Positions 19,228-27,922 of a stretch of 40,504 bases of DNA are shown here, piece after piece (the stretch's first letter is position 1; every line of letters starts with the position of its first letter). The stretch comes from Candidatus Hydrogenedentota bacterium (GTDB lineage: Bacteria > Hydrogenedentota > Hydrogenedentia > Hydrogenedentales > JAEUWI01), in contig JAXMOL010000064.1 of NCBI GenBank assembly GCA_034669905.1, forward strand, positions 1 to 40,504, read 5' to 3'. The position numbers and the translations under genes are program-made. Under the pieces are notes generated by a model. That model saw only the letters and a list, made by a program, of their open reading frames with translations, made no database searches and had not been told where the DNA came from.

Positions 19228-19581
19228 GTCGGGGCTCTCCCCGGGGACTGCACCGACGTAGCAACCCACGCAGAAGCAACGACAACGCGTGGGTGAAAAC
19301 GGCACACCCCGAGTACAAACAAAAATTAAGACCGTCGGGGCTGTCCCCCTCTTAAGGCATACGTCGCCTCTAAGAGGGGGACGGCCCCGACTACCAGGTC
19401 ATCCCCCTTGCTTCCGCACATCGGCTCGCCACAACACCGCTTGCGCCTGCTCACCGACATGGCGTCGAGGCAGTCCCCGGGGACGGCCCCGACTACCAAG
19501 TCATCCCCCCCTGCTTCCGCACATCAGCTCGCCACAACGCCGCTTGCGCCTGCTCACCGACATCGTGTCGAGGCAGTCCCC
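19228..19581. repeat. REP-like cluster (7 motifs) including two tandem ~102-bp units
   Basis: Motifs at 19228, 19243, 19334, 19377, 19464, 19479, 19567 in alternating orientation. Units 19377-19478 and 19479-19581 are near-identical. Confidence 0.9.
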
Positions 19582-19636
19582 ATTTCCACCCCTCCCGCCG
19601 GGAGTGGTATCATAGCGGCTGGACGGAGCACGACGA

Positions 19637-20404
19637 ATGAACCCAGAAGAACAGTATCAATCGGCCATCGAAGACGCCCAGGCACTGGTGCGTCAGCTGG
19701 CCAAAGGCCCACGTAAGACCGCCACCTTATCCCCTGAGGTCGCCGAGGTGCTTGCCGCGCTGACCGCATCAGGCAGTGCCACGGCACCGGCGCCGTCTGC
19801 TACCCCGACACCGGTGACAAGCCCGGTAAGCGGCGATACGTCCCTCAGCGAGTTGGCCGAAATCGTTCGGGGATGCCAGCAATGCAGCCTCCACGAGACC
19901 CGCACCCAGACCGTCTTTGGCGTGGGCAACGAAAACGCCGACCTCGTCTTTGTGGGCGAAGCGCCGGGTGCCGATGAGGATGCCCAGGGCGAACCCTTCG
20001 TGGGGAAAGCTGGCCAGCTCCTGACCGATATTATTACCAAAGGCATGAAGATGCGGCGGGAAGACGTCTACATCTGCAACGTGCTCAAATGCCGCCCGCC
20101 CAACAATCGTAACCCCAATCCCGCAGAAATGTCCTGCTGCGAGCCCTATCTGATCCAGCAGCTGGCTCAGATAAAACCCAAAGTCATCTGTGCCCTCGGT
20201 GGGGTTGCGGCCAAGTGCCTTTTACAGACCGAAGACGGCGTCGGACGCCTCCGTGGGCAGTGGCACAATTACCAGGGCATCCCCCTTCGGGTCACCTACC
20301 ACCCGGCCTATCTCCTGCGCACCCCTTCCGACAAGGGCAAGACGTGGGCCGACATCCAGGAAGTCATGAAAGTGCTTTCGGGTGAAGTTACCCCCCAGGT
20401 CTGA
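19637..20404 (+). CDS. Uracil-DNA glycosylase family 4 (4Fe-4S)
   Basis: CQQC, FVGEAPG, PFVG, NVLKCRPP.NR.P, TYHPAY. Confidence 0.92.
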   Translation: MNPEEQYQSAIEDAQALVRQLAKGPRKTATLSPEVAEVLAALTASGSATAPAPSATPTPVTSPVSGDTSLSELAEIVRGCQQCSLHETRTQTVFGVGNENADLVFVGEAPGADEDAQGEPFVGKAGQLLTDIITKGMKMRREDVYICNVLKCRPPNNRNPNPAEMSCCEPYLIQQLAQIKPKVICALGGVAAKCLLQTEDGVGRLRGQWHNYQGIPLRVTYHPAYLLRTPSDKGKTWADIQEVMKVLSGEVTPQV

Positions 20405-20442
20405 TACGTTCACCCCGTTCCCATACCCACAGGTCCGTCAAG

Positions 20443-21822
20443 ATGAACGATGACAACAAGCACACCCCACGTAGCGTTCGCTCGCCCGTGAAATGGCGGC
20501 ACTCGATGTATTTTCGGGTGCTCGTGCTCTGCTGCGTCCTCGTGCTCTGCCTTTTCACGTCCATCTTCGTCATCGTCCGCTACACCATCCGCGAGGCGGC
20601 CCGGGAACTGGAACAACAGTCCAACGAGATCGCCAATGAGCTCTATGGCATCATGGATCGCAACCCGGAGTTGGAGCACGAGATGGTGGAGAAACAACTC
20701 ATGGAAGGGCGGGAAAACACCGACATCGAGTTGGGGCCCATCACGGAGGCCTCGCCCGAGATTCAGCTCTCGACCGAGTATCGCCCCGATGGCACGGTAC
20801 GACGCAACATCACCATTCCGCTGGACCGTCTCGATATCATTATGACGGTACGCTTTAACACCATGGCCTCTACCGAGATTCTCCAGGCCTTCAAGAACCG
20901 CTACATTATCATGGTGGCTTTTGTTTTCATCATCACCCTCTGGATCATGGTCTATTACATCCACAAGATACTGCGCCCCCTCATGGATCTCTCCGACGCC
21001 TGCGCGGCAGTGACCGAGGGCAATCTCGAGACGGTGCACGTGGCCAGTTCTTCCGGCGAGGTAAAATTGCTCGAGAGCAAGTTCAACGACATGGTGATTT
21101 CGTTGCGCGAGAAGGAAGTCATGGAAATTAAACTCCGCCAGGCCCAACGCCTTTCGGCCCTCGGCAACCTGGCCGCCGGCGTGGCCCATGACGTGCGCAA
21201 TCCTCTCAATGCCATCAAGCTCCTCTCCAGCCATGCCATCGACTCCCTGCCCGGAGAGGCCCACGAGCAAACGGTCAAACCCCTCACCACCATCCGCAAG
21301 GAAGTGGACCGCTTGGAGGATATCGTCTCGGGTTTCCTCTCCCTCGCCAAAGAGCGGGAACTGGCACCCGAACCCAATCAAATCGACGAGTTGCTCGCGG
21401 AGTGTATCCGACTCTTTCAAAAAGACGCCGAGGCACGGGGCGTTTCGCTTATCGCGGAATTAAATGCCGGGGAGACCATGCTCCTGCTCGATGCCAAGCA
21501 GTGGACCCGTGCCATATTGAATGTGTTGTTGAATGCCCTGGAAGCCTGTGACATGGGGGGCCACGTGCGTATTACCTCCGCCGTCAAGAACGGCGTATGC
21601 CGTATCGATATCGAAGACGATGGCCCCGGCCTTCCCGACACGGTGGTGGAACAGGTTTTTGACCCCTATTACACGACGAAACCCGGGGGCACGGGACTGG
21701 GCCTGTCCATTACGCGGGGCATCATCGAAGAGCACGGCGGCTCTATCGAGCTCGCCAGTACGGATGGCCAGGGCTGTCGGGTGCTGATTTCCATCCCCCT
21801 CAAACAAAAAATTATACGGTAG
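20443..21822 (+). CDS. HAMP-domain sensor histidine kinase
   Basis: Two TM helices, HAMP, H-box GVAHDVRNPL, N-box NVLLNA, DDGPG, FDPYYTTK, GTGLGL. Confidence 0.93.
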   Translation: MNDDNKHTPRSVRSPVKWRHSMYFRVLVLCCVLVLCLFTSIFVIVRYTIREAARELEQQSNEIANELYGIMDRNPELEHEMVEKQLMEGRENTDIELGPITEASPEIQLSTEYRPDGTVRRNITIPLDRLDIIMTVRFNTMASTEILQAFKNRYIIMVAFVFIITLWIMVYYIHKILRPLMDLSDACAAVTEGNLETVHVASSSGEVKLLESKFNDMVISLREKEVMEIKLRQAQRLSALGNLAAGVAHDVRNPLNAIKLLSSHAIDSLPGEAHEQTVKPLTTIRKEVDRLEDIVSGFLSLAKERELAPEPNQIDELLAECIRLFQKDAEARGVSLIAELNAGETMLLLDAKQWTRAILNVLLNALEACDMGGHVRITSAVKNGVCRIDIEDDGPGLPDTVVEQVFDPYYTTKPGGTGLGLSITRGIIEEHGGSIELASTDGQGCRVLISIPLKQKIIR

Positions 21823-21832
21823 TGGAGTGATT

Positions 21833-23206
21833 ATGGGACAGACGATTCTCATCACCGAAGACGATCAGGTACAACGGGAAATCATTAACGATATCCTGAC
21901 CCAATCGGGATACGACGTGACGGCCAGTGAATCGGCCGAGAACACGTTGGACATTCTGAAGGACCAGGTTTTCGATCTGCTTCTCACCGATATGCGGATG
22001 CCCGGTATGGACGGCCTCGAACTGTTGCGCCGCGCGAAGCGCCTGCGACCGGATGTGGAAGTGGTCGTCATGACCGCCCATGCCACTATCCGAACCGCGG
22101 TGACCGCCATGAAGGAAGGGGCCATCGACTACCTGGAAAAGCCCTTCGACAAGGATGAACTCCTCCTCGTTATCGACCGGGCGCTGGAGCGCACCAGCCT
22201 GCGCAAGGAAAATCGTCAGCTCCGCGCCATGGTGGCCAACACCCTCTCCCTTGGCAATATCATTGGCGAAAGCCCCGCCATGCAGGCCGTCTTTGAGCGC
22301 GCCAGCCGGGCCGCCCGGGTCAACAGCACGGTGCTCATACTCGGTGAATCGGGCACGGGCAAGGAGCTCATCGCCCGCCACATTCACTTTGAAGGGAACC
22401 GGCAGAAGAAGCCCTTCGTGGTGGTCAACTGCGCCGCCATCCCCGACAACCTCGTGGAATCGGAACTCTTCGGCCATGAAAAAGGGGCCTTCACCGGTGC
22501 CGACGCCAGCCGCCCGGGCAAATTCGAAGACGCCAACACGGGCACCTTGTTCCTCGACGAAATCGGCGATATGCAGCTGGAGTCCCAGGCGAAGCTCCTC
22601 CGGGTCCTGCAGGACGGTGTCGTGGAGCGTGTGGGCAGCAGCAAGACCCGCCAGGTGGATGTGCGGGTGATTGCAGCCACCAACCGTGACCTCCGCGAAC
22701 GGGTAGAACGGGGCGAGTTCCGGGAAGATCTCTATTTCCGCCTGGAAGTCTTACCGGTCCACCTGCCCCCCCTCCGGGAGCGGATTGAAGATCTGCCCCA
22801 CCTGGTAAAACACTTTCAGAAAAAGCTCAGTGAGAAAATCGGACTGGAAGCCCCCCCGCAGGTGGGCGCCGAAGTGCTGGACGCCTTTCGACGCTACCGC
22901 TGGCCCGGAAACGTGCGTGAATTGGAGCACACCCTGGAGCAGCTCTTTATCCTGGCCAACGACAACAAGGTGACATCAAAGGACCTGCCGGAAAAATTCC
23001 ACGAACGGCCTGAGCTGTCCGCTGACGTGGGCCTCCCCCCCGGCGGCCTGTCCCTGGAGGAGTTGGAGCAGGATCTCATTCGGCAGGCACTGGACCGCAG
23101 TGGTGGTCGCATTAAAGAAGCCGCCGAATTGTTGGGACTGAGTTACAAGACCCTCCAATACCGTCTCAAGAAACACGAGATCGATCGTAGGGCGACGGAG
23201 AACTGA
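21833..23206 (+). CDS. Sigma-54-dependent response regulator (NtrC/AtoC family)
   Basis: Receiver TDMRMPGMDG, GESGTGKE, GAFTGA, LFLDEIG, WPGNVREL, Fis-type HTH. Confidence 0.95.
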   Translation: MGQTILITEDDQVQREIINDILTQSGYDVTASESAENTLDILKDQVFDLLLTDMRMPGMDGLELLRRAKRLRPDVEVVVMTAHATIRTAVTAMKEGAIDYLEKPFDKDELLLVIDRALERTSLRKENRQLRAMVANTLSLGNIIGESPAMQAVFERASRAARVNSTVLILGESGTGKELIARHIHFEGNRQKKPFVVVNCAAIPDNLVESELFGHEKGAFTGADASRPGKFEDANTGTLFLDEIGDMQLESQAKLLRVLQDGVVERVGSSKTRQVDVRVIAATNRDLRERVERGEFREDLYFRLEVLPVHLPPLRERIEDLPHLVKHFQKKLSEKIGLEAPPQVGAEVLDAFRRYRWPGNVRELEHTLEQLFILANDNKVTSKDLPEKFHERPELSADVGLPPGGLSLEELEQDLIRQALDRSGGRIKEAAELLGLSYKTLQYRLKKHEIDRRATEN

Positions 23207-23362
23207 GGGGACTGCACCGACGTAGGTATCCACGTCGCAGCAGCAAAAACGCGGGGGCGGACGAGACACGCGCCGAGCACGTATCCAATCCCTGTCTTAG
23301 TTTTTCGGTTCGCCACCACGTGTCCCTTGCCTACTCGGGTGCACTGCGTCGGGGCAGTCCCC
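23207..23362. repeat. Inverted REP-like doublet (156 bp)
   Basis: GGGGACTGCACCGAC at 23207-23221 directly after the stop codon, and GTCGGGGCAGTCCCC at 23348-23362. Confidence 0.8.
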
Positions 23363-23366
23363 GCAC

Positions 23367-23402
23367 AAAAAAAGGCCATGCCAGGATTGTCCCAGCATGG
23401 CC
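23367..23402 (-). terminator. Intrinsic terminator of the DUF1552 gene
   Basis: Minus strand: GGCCATGC..GCATGGCC stem followed by TTTTTTT. Confidence 0.7.
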
Positions 23403-23416
23403 CGAAGCGCGTGTGC

Positions 23417-24799
23417 TTAGCAAACGGGATTGTAGTCCTTGTAGCGCGACGAGATCAGCATGTCTTCAATGAGGCCATTGCTGTCACCGAAGGCTTCGGT
23501 CTCCACGCCCATGGCGCCGAGCATGGTCTGGTAGAGGTTGCACAGGGGCGTGTTCTTGGGACTGGCGATATGTTGTCCGGCCTGAAGCTGCCCGCCCGCT
23601 TTACCCGCCAGGAGAATGGGCAGGTTGTTCGGGTCGTGACGGTTACCATCGGAAATACTGGAGCCAAAGAGGATCATGCTGTTATCCAGCAGGTTACCTT
23701 CACCCTCGGGGATGGATTTCAGCTTGCCCAGGAGATAGGCATATTGCGTCGCGTGCCAGCGGTTGATCTCGGTGTACTGCTTGATCTTGTCTTCTTTGTT
23801 CTCGTGGTGCGAAAGCTGATGGTGGCCATCGTGCACCCCCGGTACAAAGGAGAAATTCCGACCCGACACGTCGTTGGCGAACATGAAGGACTGCACCCGG
23901 GTGGAGTCTGTCTGGAAGGCCAGGACCATGAGGTCCAACATGATGCGCACGTGCTCCGCGAAATTGCCGGGGCGATTGAAGTGCTCACCCCCCGGCACGT
24001 CCACCTCGGGCGCGTCCCATTCGCGGGGATCGGGCTTCATGGAAAACTCGATGCGTTCCTCGACGGCACGAACGGAGTCCATGTATTCATCGAGCTTGAC
24101 CTGGTCATCGCGCCCCAGTTTGCGGCGCAGGCGTTTGGCGTCTTCGAGTGCGAGATCGAGGAAGCTCTGGTATTCGGCGTGCTTCTTCGTGTTGACCGTC
24201 GTGCCCTTTTCCCCAAAGAGGCGTTCATAGACAAAGCGGGGATTAATCTCCTTGGCCACCGGCTGGGTAGCCGAGCGCCAGGAAATATAGGAGCCATAGA
24301 GGCGCGTGAAGCCCACGTTACTGTCGATACCGGAGATCACCGGGTCGATACCCAGCTCCAGGGAAGGCAGGGGCGTCAGATGGCCCAGCTGCTTCGCGGC
24401 GAGCTGGTCCATGGAAATGCCACCTACGCTGATATCTTTACCCGTGGTCTTCACCACCGGCTCGCCCGTGAGGAAGTTGGCCGTCTTGGCGTAGTGTCCA
24501 TCACCGCGGCGGCTGTTGGCCTTGTCGAGTCCCGAGAAGACCGTGAAGTCGTCTTTAAATTCCTTCAAGGGCTCCAGGGCATAGGAAAGGGCGTAATCCA
24601 TCCCCGTCTCTTCGGGGATCCAGCTCTTCTGCCACACGCCATTGGGGAAATAAATACAGGCCATACGCACCGGGGCCTTGGCCGTACTCGCGGCCGCTTT
24701 TGCCGGCACCATGGCATCCAGCGCAGGCAGTGCCAAGGCCGCGCCCATACCCCGCAACATGGTGCGTCGGGAAATGCGTTTGTTTTTGATGATATTCAT
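23417..24799 (-). CDS. DUF1552 family protein (Tat signal)
   Basis: ISRRTMLRGMGAALALPALDAM, YFPNG, SMDQLAA, SLELG, LAFQTDSTRV, HQLSHH, LLDNS, GNRH. Start at MNIIKNK (24799). Confidence 0.9.
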   Translation of the reverse strand: MNIIKNKRISRRTMLRGMGAALALPALDAMVPAKAAASTAKAPVRMACIYFPNGVWQKSWIPEETGMDYALSYALEPLKEFKDDFTVFSGLDKANSRRGDGHYAKTANFLTGEPVVKTTGKDISVGGISMDQLAAKQLGHLTPLPSLELGIDPVISGIDSNVGFTRLYGSYISWRSATQPVAKEINPRFVYERLFGEKGTTVNTKKHAEYQSFLDLALEDAKRLRRKLGRDDQVKLDEYMDSVRAVEERIEFSMKPDPREWDAPEVDVPGGEHFNRPGNFAEHVRIMLDLMVLAFQTDSTRVQSFMFANDVSGRNFSFVPGVHDGHHQLSHHENKEDKIKQYTEINRWHATQYAYLLGKLKSIPEGEGNLLDNSMILFGSSISDGNRHDPNNLPILLAGKAGGQLQAGQHIASPKNTPLCNLYQTMLGAMGVETEAFGDSNGLIEDMLISSRYKDYNPVC

Positions 24800-24888
24800 A
24801 ATACTTCCTATGGTTTCGCTACGATTAACTATAGCGCCGCCGCCATCCGGTGCGCAAGGCACCGCCCCTGATTAGAGATTCACATGAA

Positions 24889-26286
24889 CTAGTAATCGGT
24901 GTCTGATCGTGCCCCATCCAATGCCGCCTGCAGGATCGCAAGCTGGTCTGCGTAGGCCCCGTCATCGATAAGATTGTGGTGCTCCTTCGGGTCGGCCTTC
25001 AGGTCATACAACTCATCCATCCCTTCCAATTCGGGATACTGAATATACTTCCACGCAGCCGTACGATAGGCATGCCAGGTCCCGTGGCGGGGCGTGACTT
25101 TCTCGAGGAAATACTCGGCCATGAAACCGTCCCGCAGCGGTGCCTTTTCATCGGCCAGCACCGGCCAGAGGGACTTACCGTGAACGGGGACCGGTGCCGC
25201 TACGCCGGCGAGGTCATACAGCGTGGGAGCGAGGTCCAGGTTCAGGACCAACTGGTCGCGCACCGAGCCGGGTGCGATACGTTTCGGGTAGCGCATGAGC
25301 AGGGGCACACGAATCGATTCATCGTAGGCCACCCGTTTGTTGTTGAATTCCCCATGCTCGCCAAAAGTAAAGCCGTTGTCGCTGGCAAAAATGAACAGGG
25401 TATTGTCGAGTTGGCCCTGCTTTTCCAGGGCCTCCAGCAACATCCCCACGCCATCATCCACCGCCGCCAGGCTCCGGCAGTGGTCGAGATAAATGCTGTC
25501 ATAATCTTCGCCCCGGCCATAGCGCGGTTCCGAAGGCTCGGGCGCCACGCCCTCAATGGTCCGCATGTCTACGGGCGGCAGCTCACGATGGAGGGCCGGC
25601 TTGCCTTCCCGGTCGCCCGGCACCGTGGCCACTTCGGGCCGGTGTTCGCCCGCATAGAGGGTTTCGTGTCGCGGGGCCGGGATATAGGGACGGTGCACGG
25701 CCTTGTGTGAAAGGATCAGCAGAAACGGCTTGTCCCGCTTCTCCTCCACAAAATCAACGGCCCAGTCGTTGAGCAAATCGGTCATGTAGCCCGTGTATTG
25801 CTTTCGAATACCATCGACGTTCACGACGGGATCGAGGAAAAGGCCCTGCCCCACAAAACTGATCCAGCGGTCAAAGCCCGGGCGGCGCGTGTCATCGGCG
25901 CCCATGTGCCACTTGCCGACGAACCCCGTTTCGTAGCCCGCGCGCCGAAGCAACTGGGGAAAGGTCACGAGTTTGTGACTGATAAGGGACAGTCCGATGC
26001 GGTCGTTGTTGATAATACGGTGGGTATGGGGATATTGGCCCGTGAGAAAGCTGGCCCGGCTGGGGGAACACAAAGGCGTGGTCACAAAGGCATTGGTGAA
26101 GACGGCCCCCTCCTGGCCAATGCGATCCACATTGGGCGTTTTCATGAAGGGGTGACCCGCAATGCTCAACTGGTCCCATCGCATGTCGTCGACCAAAACG
26201 AAGACGATATTGGGCCGCTCCGCGACGGCGTGAACCCCAATCGCCCAGGTCAAGACCGTCACCAGTATCCCGCTCAAAAAACGCAT
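24889..26286 (-). CDS. Secreted formylglycine-dependent sulfatase (GlcNAc-6-sulfatase-like)
   Basis: RPNIVFVLVDD, CSPSRASFLTG, GKWH, HKAVH, SDNG..GEH, ELYDLKADP. Start at MRFLSG (26286). Confidence 0.9.
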   Translation of the reverse strand: MRFLSGILVTVLTWAIGVHAVAERPNIVFVLVDDMRWDQLSIAGHPFMKTPNVDRIGQEGAVFTNAFVTTPLCSPSRASFLTGQYPHTHRIINNDRIGLSLISHKLVTFPQLLRRAGYETGFVGKWHMGADDTRRPGFDRWISFVGQGLFLDPVVNVDGIRKQYTGYMTDLLNDWAVDFVEEKRDKPFLLILSHKAVHRPYIPAPRHETLYAGEHRPEVATVPGDREGKPALHRELPPVDMRTIEGVAPEPSEPRYGRGEDYDSIYLDHCRSLAAVDDGVGMLLEALEKQGQLDNTLFIFASDNGFTFGEHGEFNNKRVAYDESIRVPLLMRYPKRIAPGSVRDQLVLNLDLAPTLYDLAGVAAPVPVHGKSLWPVLADEKAPLRDGFMAEYFLEKVTPRHGTWHAYRTAAWKYIQYPELEGMDELYDLKADPKEHHNLIDDGAYADQLAILQAALDGARSDTDY

Positions 26287-26403
26287 GAATAAGTTCCCCT
26301 GCTTTTTGCGATAACAGACACCATTGCTGAAATGATGGCACTTAGTATACAAACCTTTTCGGCGCGCCACCCAGTGCACAGGCAGCCTTACCCAGAGGCC
26401 CAC

Positions 26404-27921
26404 TCATTCCTTAAACTGAAAGGCGTAGAGGCTCCCGTTCGTAATATGAAAGCGAAGACGTAGGGTCTTCCCCGCGAGGGCGCTGACGTCACCGCCGCTC
26501 TGCCAGCTGACCGGCATGCGAACCGAGTTGCGCGCGATGGGAATGGCATCCTGCTTCGTAAACCCTTCGATAGGGCTGAAATCCTCGTTTAAGAACTCGA
26601 CATAGACCGCGCCGCCCCCGGCGGAGTCCACATTCAACTCAAGCGTCTTACCTTCAAAGCGAATGGGCGGCGTCGTAAACTGTCCGCCCTCATAGTCCCC
26701 ATCCACCGAGACAAAACCATCGAGCCGAAGCACCGCACGCCCGATGCCGGAAAGATCTTCCGTGGCCGCCGGGTCAAGCTTGTTGCTCGGCGCATGGTCG
26801 CGGTTGGAACCCACGTAGTAGATCCAGAGTTCATCGCCCATGACCACGGGATTGGGCAAGGCCCAGAGAAAGCGCGAATCGAAACGCCCTTCCGGCCCCA
26901 GGCTCATGAAGGGCCACCGCCCGCCCACCCGTTCGAAGTGTTCGGCGTCACGGCTCACCGCCAGTTGGACATCGATGGTCGCCGGACCCAGCCCGGCCTC
27001 TTCCCACCCCATCCAGGCCCATGTCGATTGGGCGAGCATAAGGTAGGCCCGGTCCGCTCCCTCATAAGGAAAAACCGCGGCGCCATAAAAATCGACCGCG
27101 GGCCGTTCCTGGACCCGTTCGTGAATATCCCAATCGGCCTCGTCGGGTGTCAGGACGACCTGCTCGTTGTCCCACGCCATGAGGTCGTCCGACTCCAGCC
27201 GCCGCACGGTGCGGTAGCGCTTGACCTTGTCCAGATTCAGTGCCCAGAGTCGGGTGAAAAACAGATAGCGCTCGATACCGGGCTCCCAGAAGATGATGTT
27301 CTGCGTATCGATGTGCCCGACCTTGGGAATGCCAAACAATTCCCAATGGAGGCCATCGGGCGAACTGTGCATCTCCAGTTGTTCGGAGGGATAAACCTTG
27401 GTCTGGGTCTTGTACCGGTGCGCTGCGGGCGCGTTGGGGTCTTTCCACACGGCAGCGCCAGCAATGCGCGGACCCGGGAGCACCACGTTGTTCGCCGTCG
27501 ACCCGTCCACCTCGTGGAGGCCCAGGGTGGGTTTGGTAAAATGAATACCGTCTTCCGACTCGGCGTAACAAACGCGGATTTCCGCATCGCCTTTGCCCCG
27601 ACGCTGGTCATACCACAGACGGACCTTGCCATCTTCCTTCAGCACGCAGGAGTAAATTCCAATGCGCTGCTCCTGACCTTCCGGGTCCATTTCCCACGGC
27701 TGGTCGGGCTTGATGAGGATTTGGCCATCTCGATAAGGCTTGTGCATGGTAAGCTCCACACCTTCAGCCCGATCCAGGAAAAAGCCATCGAGAAAGATCT
27801 GCTTCTTCGAACCCACGTCGACTACACGGCCGGTGTCTCCATCCGTAGTCGCGGAAACAGGGCCCGCGAGCGTCAGGACGCACACCGCCAGACGTAGACT
27901 GCGTTGGGTAAAAGAGGCCAT
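26404..27921 (-). CDS. Secreted putative glycoside hydrolase-like beta-propeller protein
   Basis: Signal peptide, repeated blade motifs (YAESEDGIHFTKP, SPDGLHW, ESDDLMAW, VSRDAEHF) and C-terminal LRLDGFVS..LELN..LYAF domain. Confidence 0.7.
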   Translation of the reverse strand: MASFTQRSLRLAVCVLTLAGPVSATTDGDTGRVVDVGSKKQIFLDGFFLDRAEGVELTMHKPYRDGQILIKPDQPWEMDPEGQEQRIGIYSCVLKEDGKVRLWYDQRRGKGDAEIRVCYAESEDGIHFTKPTLGLHEVDGSTANNVVLPGPRIAGAAVWKDPNAPAAHRYKTQTKVYPSEQLEMHSSPDGLHWELFGIPKVGHIDTQNIIFWEPGIERYLFFTRLWALNLDKVKRYRTVRRLESDDLMAWDNEQVVLTPDEADWDIHERVQERPAVDFYGAAVFPYEGADRAYLMLAQSTWAWMGWEEAGLGPATIDVQLAVSRDAEHFERVGGRWPFMSLGPEGRFDSRFLWALPNPVVMGDELWIYYVGSNRDHAPSNKLDPAATEDLSGIGRAVLRLDGFVSVDGDYEGGQFTTPPIRFEGKTLELNVDSAGGGAVYVEFLNEDFSPIEGFTKQDAIPIARNSVRMPVSWQSGGDVSALAGKTLRLRFHITNGSLYAFQFKE

Positions 27922-27922
27922 A

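Noticed and set aside
19228..19581. CRISPR array
   Set aside because: Repeats are 15 bp, alternate in orientation, and have long or duplicated spacers. No cas genes. The same applies to 40039-40504.
20443..23206. Local sigma-54 promoter target for the NtrC-type regulator
   Set aside because: I found no convincing TGGCAC-N5-TTGC in the intergenic regions I inspected, so targets cannot be assigned.
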